Part shown: piece by piece, positions 28,974 through 37,300 of the stretch
How positions within the stretch are numbered: the stretch's first letter is position 1
Layout of the letters: every line of letters starts with the position of its first letter
From: an uncultured Chthoniobacterales bacterium
GTDB taxonomy: Bacteria; Verrucomicrobiota; Verrucomicrobiia; Chthoniobacterales; JAATET01
Reading direction: 5' to 3'
Length of the DNA: 63,788 bases
NCBI GenBank assembly: GCA_964247025.1
Contig: CAXTSM010000008.1
Coordinates: forward strand, 44,970-108,757
Program-made: the position numbers and the translations under genes
The notes under the pieces: model-generated
The model's database searches: none
What the model was told of the DNA's origin: nothing
The model's input: the letters and a program-made list of their open reading frames with translations, nothing else

Positions 28974-29498
28974 ATGGATGCTAGCAAAAAGCGCAGGGCT
29001 GCCCCCTGCGCTTTTTGTCTATTACGAGACGCCAATGAAACACAGGGAGGGCTAGATCAAGCCCGCTTTCGCGTCTCGTCCCGCCCCATATCAAACGGTG
29101 GAATTGTGATTATGATAATCTTACTTCTTCTTCTGGTGATCGTCGGTTTCGTGGGCGCAAGCATTATTGATGCTTTTGAAACGCATTGCGAGAAACGCTT
29201 CAATGTCTCGGTTTTCAGCTTAGGCCATATCGGAGCCAACATTGCCGGATGGGCATTCGTCGCCGCCGGCGCGGTCAACGGGGCCAGCGGAATTTTACTG
29301 GCGGCAATCGGAATGTTGATTCTCTCGGCTCAGCTGATCCGACTCATTAAGCAAACATCCTTTTTTCATGGAGTTTTCACGTTCATCCTCCTCTCCGCCA
29401 TCACGGTGACAATAATTCTTCTGATTGTCCTCGTTATCGCCTGGGCAAACTCGCAAAGCGGGACGACCCGCCGAGTTGTGATAATCAACGAAATCTAG
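28974..29498 (+). CDS. Hypothetical multi-pass membrane protein (true start probably later)
   Basis: About four hydrophobic helices. Confidence 0.6.
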   Translation: MDASKKRRAAPCAFCLLRDANETQGGLDQARFRVSSRPISNGGIVIMIILLLLLVIVGFVGASIIDAFETHCEKRFNVSVFSLGHIGANIAGWAFVAAGAVNGASGILLAAIGMLILSAQLIRLIKQTSFFHGVFTFILLSAITVTIILLIVLVIAWANSQSGTTRRVVIINEI

Positions 29499-29758
29499 GC
29501 GATGGCACAACACGATTGCCGAAGCCCTGCCATTTTTGCCGGAATTATCTATCGGTTCAAACGCGGGCAAGTGTCTGCCTACTCAACCAATCCAAAAAAC
29601 TTCAACTGTCTTTGCCCGACATCCGATTGGTTGCCGACAACAGCCATTGGGAATGTGTGGATTTGCACCTCGGACGGCAGAATTGATCCTGGTCTCAGCG
29701 TATCACCGGTTCCTGTGCCAAGAAGCGCGATTGGAATACCGATCTCACGACATCCGCT

Positions 29759-30187
29759 CTACGGCTGACTCTGCCCAGGCTCGGCTGGAACCGATGCGCC
29801 GCTATTGAACGCATATCGCCCTTTAGCAATCCGGGACACTTCGCGAGTTTTCTTGCCGGTCGTTGCGAACCAAGCGTGAATCTTAATCGAATCCACCCCA
29901 AGCGTTTTTGCAATGTCCTGAACCGTTACACCAACTTGCCCAGCACTCTTTAAAATTTCAACCACTTGTGGGCGAAGTTGGCCCCGCTTCATTTTTGTTC
30001 GAGAAGCACGTTTTGAGGGACGGGAAGCGGATAAGGCGGGACTGACCGCGCCCTTGCCATTGAGCAATCGTTGCATCTTCTGATCAATCTGGGCAATTTT
30101 CTGATCTAAGGATTGCTTCTCTTCAACGAGTTGAAGCAATTCAGTCAACAATGCAGGGGTAAGACTTAAAAAATCCATGAAGTGCAA
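29759..30187 (-). CDS. Small DNA-binding protein: N-terminal coiled coil, basic linker, winged-helix-like C-terminus
   Basis: LVEEKQSLDQKIAQIDQKMQRLL; KRGQLRPQVVEILKSAG..GVTVQDIAKTLGV...WF...IAKGRY. Confidence 0.7.
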   Translation of the reverse strand: MHFMDFLSLTPALLTELLQLVEEKQSLDQKIAQIDQKMQRLLNGKGAVSPALSASRPSKRASRTKMKRGQLRPQVVEILKSAGQVGVTVQDIAKTLGVDSIKIHAWFATTGKKTREVSRIAKGRYAFNSGASVPAEPGQSQP

Positions 30188-30261
30188 ATATAAAACTCGT
30201 GATATGGTGTAAAGACTAAATCGTGGTATGTCGGCTTCGCTGAAAAATGCGAAGCCATAAA

Positions 30262-30981
30262 CTACATAAAATCAAAATCCATGTCCATGCCTACAGTCAT
30301 CACACAGAGAGCAGCATTAACGAGGCCATACCGCACTGCATATCGTGTAAGCGAAGCGACGCAATTAAGGTTCAACTTTTGCATCACATGTTTTCGGTAA
30401 TGTTCAACTGTCTTAGGCGATAAGTTCAATTTGTTAGCGACCTGTTTTGAGCTTAATCCTTCTGCGATTAATTGTAGAATTGTTCGCTCTTGTGGCGTCA
30501 ACTTGGCCTCAATTTGTGATTCGGACCGTTTTTGAATAATTAACTGTGTTGCATAGGGACTGATGTAAGTTCCTCCTTTGTGGGCGATCAGATTGATCGC
30601 CTGTAACAGCAACTCCAAATTCTCGCTTTTATGGACAAAACCTTGCGGCTGCATTTCCAACCCCGCGTAAATCAAATTGCGGTTTTCTGTTCCGGTATAG
30701 ATTAGAATCCGAATTTCAGGATTTTCTTCGCGCATCTGATGGAGCATTTCCGCTCCATTCATTTCAGGCATTTCAAGGCCGGAGATCACAAGCTGCGGTT
30801 TGTATTTTCGGAAAAGCCGAAGTCCATCGGACCCAGATTTCGCCTCGTCGGCTAATGAATAGCGTGATTCACGGCCAAGCACAATGCTGAGCATCTCACT
30901 CGAGGAAACATGCGAATCTACGATAAGAACGCAAACTCGCTTCTCATTCATTTCCTCTTCAAGCCAATCCACATCATTCAT
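30262..30981 (-). CDS. NarL/FixJ-family (LuxR HTH) response regulator with atypical receiver
   Basis: LTPQERTILQLIAEGLSSKQVANKLNLSPKTVEHYRKHVMQKL; receiver fold in the N-terminal half. Confidence 0.9.
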   Translation of the reverse strand: MNDVDWLEEEMNEKRVCVLIVDSHVSSSEMLSIVLGRESRYSLADEAKSGSDGLRLFRKYKPQLVISGLEMPEMNGAEMLHQMREENPEIRILIYTGTENRNLIYAGLEMQPQGFVHKSENLELLLQAINLIAHKGGTYISPYATQLIIQKRSESQIEAKLTPQERTILQLIAEGLSSKQVANKLNLSPKTVEHYRKHVMQKLNLNCVASLTRYAVRYGLVNAALCVMTVGMDMDFDFM

Positions 30982-31066
30982 CGCAATACCTCGTTTTGGA
31001 GAAAAGAAGAACCGTAACTCTTACACGTTCTTAAATGTTGGCTGCAAGAATGGTGCCAATTACCCC

Positions 31067-31140
31067 GAAAACACCATCAGGATCTGAGATTTCCCCCTAA
31101 CCATTGCAGAAAACCCCCTGCAAGAAAGCGGGAAAACCCC
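31067..31140. promoter_or_regulatory. Four phased GAAAACCCC-like boxes
   Basis: Copies start at 31067, 31088, 31109 and 31132, between the LuxR-type regulator and the divergent LamG/Rhs operon. Confidence 0.5.
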
Positions 31141-31192
31141 ATCTATCTTCTTTGTGAGAGGGCCGTCAATATCGCCGCGTTTCCATCGCGCC

Positions 31193-34100
31193 ATGGCCAA
31201 AAAAATTCTCCGCACCCTCAAAGGAATTCCCGCATCAATCAGAGTTGGCGCAGTCATTGCGCTGCTTACTATCGCTGCAATGGTGGCGTGGGCGGCTGGC
31301 GAAACCTGGTTTTCTCAAGATGTCGGTTCAGTTGGGATTGGTGGCTCATCGAGTTATGACAGTCCCACCGACACGTTTACGGTTGAAGGCTCTGGCGCGG
31401 GACTTGGCGGAACAGCGGACGCGGGGCGTTTCACATATCTTCCTCTGAATGGAGACGGCAGCATCACAACAAAATTGCTGAGCGTTGAGAATACAGCTAC
31501 GAATGCCGTTGGAGCGGTAGTGATTCGACAAGGAACCGACGCGGATGACAAAGAAGTCGCGTTCGGGGCAAAGCCGGATGCTTCTCTCCAAGTATTGAGT
31601 CGCAGCACTAAAGGTGGAACCTCAACCTGGACGCCTGTCACCACGGGAACGTTTCCAGTTTGGCTCCGCGTTTCACGTTCCGCGAACGTTTTTACGTATT
31701 CCTCTTCTTCCGACGGAACAACCTGGACAGATCATGGCACCGTCACCGTTTCGATGAACGCTTTGGTCGACATTGGGATGGTGGTTTCATCGGCCACTAA
31801 TTCCGCATTGTGCGCGTCGGAGTTTCAAGGAGTTACCTTGTCGGGAAACACCGCAGATACGGATTCCGATGGCTTGCCCGATACATGGGAATACGACAAT
31901 TTCCCGAATCTTAGCGCCGGTCCGACCGACAATCCTGATCAAGACGGTTTGAGCAACCTCCAGGAATACACCCTTGGAACAAATCCCAATAACCCCGATA
32001 GCGACGGCGACGGTATGTCAGATGGTTGGGAGTTCACTTACGGACTCAATCCGCTCACTAATGATGCGACGACCGATCTGGATAGTGACGGGTTGAGCAA
32101 TCTTTACGAATACCAGCATTCGACAAATCCAAACTCGACCGATACGGACATCGACGGCCTTCCAGATAAATGGGAGGTCGATAACGGCACGAATCCTCGC
32201 GTGAACGATGCCGCCGATGATGCCAGCGGTCAAGGCATCACGAACTTGCTTCGCTACCAGCTTTCGATCTCGCAACTTGTGGTCTTACATCTGAATGAAG
32301 GAAGCGGCACGACCACCACCGACGCATCGGGCAACGGCAACACCGGGACATTGACCAACGGGCCTGCTTGGGGGGCTGGAACATCGGGTTCATCGCTCAG
32401 CTTCGATGGCACCAATGATTATGTGTCAACCGGAGCAGTGAATGTCGGAAATGAATTCACGGTTGCAATGCTGGTCAAACTCCCCAGTTCTTTGCCGTCG
32501 CATTCGATGACCCTCTTCGCGAATTCAGCAAGTGGGGCATCAACCAACGGCCTTCGGCTTTATATTAACTCGGCCAGCACATCGGACGCGAAGCTGATTC
32601 TCGAAACGGGCAACGGAACGCTCTCGGCAACCGCAAACACCGCGGTCTCAACCGTGCCATTGGGAACTTGGGCGCATATTACTGTCGTGGTGGATAAGAC
32701 CCTCGGAACGGCTAAACTTTACGTAAACGGTGTCGCTGCCACTTCAACGGGAACAATCCGTACGGATTTCGCTAATAGCACGGCACTCCAACTTGGGCGG
32801 ATGTCCGACAACACCAACTTTCTGCAAGGACAGCTTGATGAGGTGCAGATCTATAGTCGAAAACTTTCTGCAACCGATGTGGCGGCGTTGGCTGCTTCCC
32901 AGACCAATGTTCCAATCCCGACCACGAATTTGGCCCTCTGGTTACGGGCCGACCAAGGAGTAACCGCCGACTCGAGCCAAGTGGTGTCAGGTTGGGCTGA
33001 TTACTCTGGTAAAGCTAACAATGCCACTCAGTCCACTTCTGGTTATCGGCCGAAGCGCATTAGCGGAGTAATAAATGGGCAGCCCGCAATTCGCTTTGAC
33101 GGGAGCGACGATTATTTGAATTTACCTGCGGCGACCAGCACGAGCATGTCGCTCAGCGATTTCCGCAATGGCATTACGGCCATCGTAGTGGCCCGGCCAA
33201 ATCACCTCCAAACGACGGCTCGGTTTATTACTCTTTCCCGAGGCAGTAGCTCTAACGTTGTCAGCTTCGCTTACAACAAGCCGTTCAGCTATACTGAAAT
33301 CAGCACCAATATCGAATACTACCTCAGCAATCCTTCGGGAATTTCCGAAGTCGTCGCCTGGCAAGCGATCAACGAGAGCCAATTTAAATCCAACCAGATT
33401 ACCCAAACTCCCACCACCGGCGGGAATGGGAGCGTTGATATTCATAGCAACGGCTATCTGGTCGTCAGCGGCACGGCACCCTTGCCGAATTACAGCACAA
33501 GCAGTCCGAGAAACCAAAACTTCATCGGCAAGAGTTCTTACTCTAATCAGCCTCTGTTAGACGCTGACATTGCAGAAGTCATTCTCTATCAGCGTCCCTT
33601 GTCCTCAACCGAACGGCGACAAGTCGATTATTATATTTATAAAAGGTATCGGCTCCCCATCTATCTTCCCGCGCCTCAAATTTCACCCGCTACTGGCACC
33701 TCCAATAGCTCTTCGATAACCATTAGCATCGCCGTAACCGAGACGCCGCCCACCGGCATTCAGACCTACATCCGCTACACGACGGACGGGAGCGATCCGA
33801 CTTGGAGTTCGGCCGGGTTCACCGGAACCAGCGGCTCGTTTGCCCTTACTCGTTCTGGCACCATAACCGCGAAGGTTTTTCTTGATCCTTACACCGCAAG
33901 CGCGGCAGCGACTTCGACCTACTGGGTCGGTGATAGTGATCAAGATGGTATGAGCGATTCTTGGGAAACCGCCCACGGATTGGACCCCGGCAATGCAGCG
34001 GATGGATTGCTTGACGCAGATTCGGATGGTCTTAGTAACCTCAAGGAATTCCAACTCGGAACCGACCCGCAAACATTCGACAGTAATGGAGACGGGTTGA

Positions 34101-34357
34101 GTGACTATTCGTCCGTTCAACTTGGGTTTGATCCCAATGCCACCGATAGCGATGGAGACGGCGTCAGTAACTCGGTGGAGGTCACCAATGGAACGGACCC
34201 CATGCTCCAAGATTCGGATGGCGATGGCGTGAATGACAACGCGGATGTCTATCCGCTCGATGCTAGCCGCACGACCACTACCGCCGCCAATCCCAGCGAC
34301 ACGACACCACCGACGATCCAACTCACGACCCCCGCCAACGCTGTGGCAATTCCTTAA
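31193..34357 (+). CDS. Secreted multidomain protein: beta-sandwich, TSP3-like Ca-binding repeats, two LamG-like domains, chitobiase/FN3-associated domain
   Basis: Signal segment; many D(S/T)D(G/S)DG(L/M)(S/P)(D/N)..E...GT(D/N)P repeats; LSFDGTNDYV and GQLDEVQIYSRKLS; LWLRADQGV; IRYTTDGSDPT. Confidence 0.88.
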   Translation: MAKKILRTLKGIPASIRVGAVIALLTIAAMVAWAAGETWFSQDVGSVGIGGSSSYDSPTDTFTVEGSGAGLGGTADAGRFTYLPLNGDGSITTKLLSVENTATNAVGAVVIRQGTDADDKEVAFGAKPDASLQVLSRSTKGGTSTWTPVTTGTFPVWLRVSRSANVFTYSSSSDGTTWTDHGTVTVSMNALVDIGMVVSSATNSALCASEFQGVTLSGNTADTDSDGLPDTWEYDNFPNLSAGPTDNPDQDGLSNLQEYTLGTNPNNPDSDGDGMSDGWEFTYGLNPLTNDATTDLDSDGLSNLYEYQHSTNPNSTDTDIDGLPDKWEVDNGTNPRVNDAADDASGQGITNLLRYQLSISQLVVLHLNEGSGTTTTDASGNGNTGTLTNGPAWGAGTSGSSLSFDGTNDYVSTGAVNVGNEFTVAMLVKLPSSLPSHSMTLFANSASGASTNGLRLYINSASTSDAKLILETGNGTLSATANTAVSTVPLGTWAHITVVVDKTLGTAKLYVNGVAATSTGTIRTDFANSTALQLGRMSDNTNFLQGQLDEVQIYSRKLSATDVAALAASQTNVPIPTTNLALWLRADQGVTADSSQVVSGWADYSGKANNATQSTSGYRPKRISGVINGQPAIRFDGSDDYLNLPAATSTSMSLSDFRNGITAIVVARPNHLQTTARFITLSRGSSSNVVSFAYNKPFSYTEISTNIEYYLSNPSGISEVVAWQAINESQFKSNQITQTPTTGGNGSVDIHSNGYLVVSGTAPLPNYSTSSPRNQNFIGKSSYSNQPLLDADIAEVILYQRPLSSTERRQVDYYIYKRYRLPIYLPAPQISPATGTSNSSSITISIAVTETPPTGIQTYIRYTTDGSDPTWSSAGFTGTSGSFALTRSGTITAKVFLDPYTASAAATSTYWVGDSDQDGMSDSWETAHGLDPGNAADGLLDADSDGLSNLKEFQLGTDPQTFDSNGDGLSDYSSVQLGFDPNATDSDGDGVSNSVEVTNGTDPMLQDSDGDGVNDNADVYPLDASRTTTTAANPSDTTPPTIQLTTPANAVAIP

Positions 34358-34368
34358 CTTTTCGAAAT

Positions 34369-37300
34369 ATGAACCGCGCCACCAAAACTCGCAGGGTTAT
34401 TAAATTCCAAACCGTATTTCGCCAGATCGTTTCGGCGTTGCTGCTGCCTTCCATGTTATTGGTCGGGCAGCCGATTGGGGTAGCTTCCGCAAAACCGACC
34501 CCCGTAAATCTTTCGGGAGAAATGCCACCCCCGGTATTGACGCCCCGTAACGTCAAAGTGAACCGAACCTTGCCCATAGAAGAAAAAGATGCAACGCCAA
34601 GAACCAAGGGCAACGTTACGACCAATGATATTTTTAGAAACAGGGTCTTCATCGAGCCTTTAGTGCCAATTGATGGTGTTCCATCCGCGAAGGAAAACCG
34701 GGCTATAATGAATGCTCTCGATAAATTTGCGGCTCGAACAAAATCAGATGACGCCTCCGCGGCCGAAAGCTTCATTGCCGACTATCCCGATTCGGTTTGG
34801 AATCTTTCGCTTTTATCGAACTTAGGAGATTTTTATTACCGAACCGGTCAGTATTCGGAAGCTCTGAGCGCGCTTCAAAAGGCTTGGGAGATTGGAAAAG
34901 GTCTTGAAGATCAAACCGGCAAAATTGTTGCCGATCAAGTGCTCGGGAGATTGGCAATGATGCGCAGCAAAATAGGAGAAGCGGAAGAACTGGATTCTCT
35001 TCTTGGCGAAGCTGGAAGCCGCCAAGTCGTTGGATCTGCCTCCGAGGCCGTTGCCAACGCCAAAGAAAATCGCTGGCGCATGTTCAAAGATCCCGGCACG
35101 GCTTTTCATTGCGGCCCGCTGGCCTTAGCCAGTATTCGCCGAGCCAAAAATATGCCTGACGCTTATGATAAGCTGCTCACGGCACCGAAAAAGACGGGGC
35201 GAGGTTTTAAAATGTCGGAGGTTGGCCAGCTTGCGGCCTCCTTAGGTATGAACTACGAGGCCGTTCGTCGTGAAGGCAATGCGGAATTGACGGACCAGAT
35301 GCTACCAGCGGTTGTTCACTGGAAAGTAAATCACTACGCGTCTGTGCTCAAAAAAAGCGGCGACAAATATTTGCTCAAAGATCAGACTTTTGGGGCGGAA
35401 AAAACGTGGATTTCCTCCGATGTTCTCGTCCGAGAATCTTCAGGTTACTTTCTTGTGCCGAAGGGAACCTCGGGGAAAGGATGGAATAAAGTTTCTTCCA
35501 CGGAAACGGCTAGCATCCTCGGTAAAGGGGCCCCTAATGGCAAAAAGCCGGGGCCGTGTCCAGGGACAGGCGGAGGCGACGGTGGCGGGTGTGGCATGAT
35601 TGGTTACACTTTCGAATTGATGACAGTTAGTTTGACCCTTAGGGACACTCCCGTTTTTTATACGCCCCCCGTGGGTCCACAGCCCAATTTCGGGGTTAAT
35701 TATCGGCAGCGAGATTTCAATCAGCCGGCAATCTTCGATTTTTCCAATTTCGGACCAAAATGGTCCGGAATGATGACAGCTTTTGTCGAGGATGACCCTA
35801 CAACACCAGCCGCCGATGTAAAAATCTATGACCATGGTGATAATGTCGACTACAGCGATTTCGACACTGTGACGCAGCAATATGGTCCTCAGATTAAGAG
35901 TCGCGATGTTCTGAAACGAACTTCTACAACCCCTATTCAATATGAGCGTAAATTACCCGACGGTAGCCGACAAGTCTTCGCCTTCTCGAATGGGTCGACT
36001 ACTCCAGGGCGTAGGGTTTTTCTGACCGAGGCTTATGATCCTCAGGGAAATAAATTAACTCTTCACTACGATAGCCTCCATCGATTGAGCGCAGTTGAGG
36101 ATGCAACAGGAGAGATAAGCGTTTATGAATACGCAAATGCCAGCAGCCCTTATTTAATAACAAAAATTACGGACCCGTTCGGAAGGTTTGCCGTTTTCCA
36201 CTATAACGGAAATGGCTACTTGGACGCCATCACCGACGTGATTGGCATGCAGTCGTCGGTAACTTATGGCTCAGGAGATTTTGTAGATTCTATAACCACC
36301 CCTTACGGGACAACCAAGTTCGCTTTCGGAGAAAAAGGAGCGGAACGATGGCTGGAATCTACTGATCCCTACGGTGATAAAGAGCGAGTAGAGTTTCGCA
36401 ATTACGACGTCGCAAACAATGATCGGAACGTTCCCATTCCTGACACTGAGTCTGTCGCGCCGACCGGCATTAGCGGTCCAACTTTAACTAATAATTACCT
36501 GAACGAGCGAAATACGTTTTTCTGGGACAAAAAGGCAATGAAGATGTCCCCTGGTAATTATTCAAAAGCGCGATTAATTCATTGGCTGCATGCTGACGAA
36601 AATTTTAATATCGTGTCCGACATTCCCGAAAGCACAAAAGAGGCGTATGAAGGTCGCGTTTGGTTTACTTATCCGAACCAGATCGATTCAAATGCGACCA
36701 ACAACGGAATGATCGCACAACCTAAGATCATCGCCCGTGTCCTCAGCGATGGCACGACTCAGAAATACCAAGCTGCGTATAACGATTTCGGATTGGTAAC
36801 TAACCATAGTGACCCCGAAGGGCGGACGTTTACCAACATTTATGAAACGAACGACATCGATTTAAAAGAAGTTCGGCAAACGCGGGCCGGTGCCAACGAG
36901 CTACTTAAGTCGGCCACTTATAATTCCGCGCATCTACCCCTCACTGTGACCGACGCCGCCGGCCAAACCACAATATACACGTATACCACGCGCGGCCAAC
37001 TGGAGACTGTGACCAATCCAAAAGGAGAGGTAACTACGTTCGCCCATGATGCAGTAGGCCGGTTGGAAAGCATCACCGGCGACGAGCCGGGGGCGGTCAC
37101 TTCTTATACCTATGACGGCTATAATCGTGTTCGCACAAAGACAGATTCCGATGGCCATGTCTTGACTTACGATTACGATGCGCTGGATCGCGTTACGAAA
37201 GTTACTTATCCCGACGGAACCTACGAACAGGTGACGTATGACCGGCTAAATCAAGGGGCCGCGCGAGATCGGCAGGGACGCATCACACATTATTACAACA

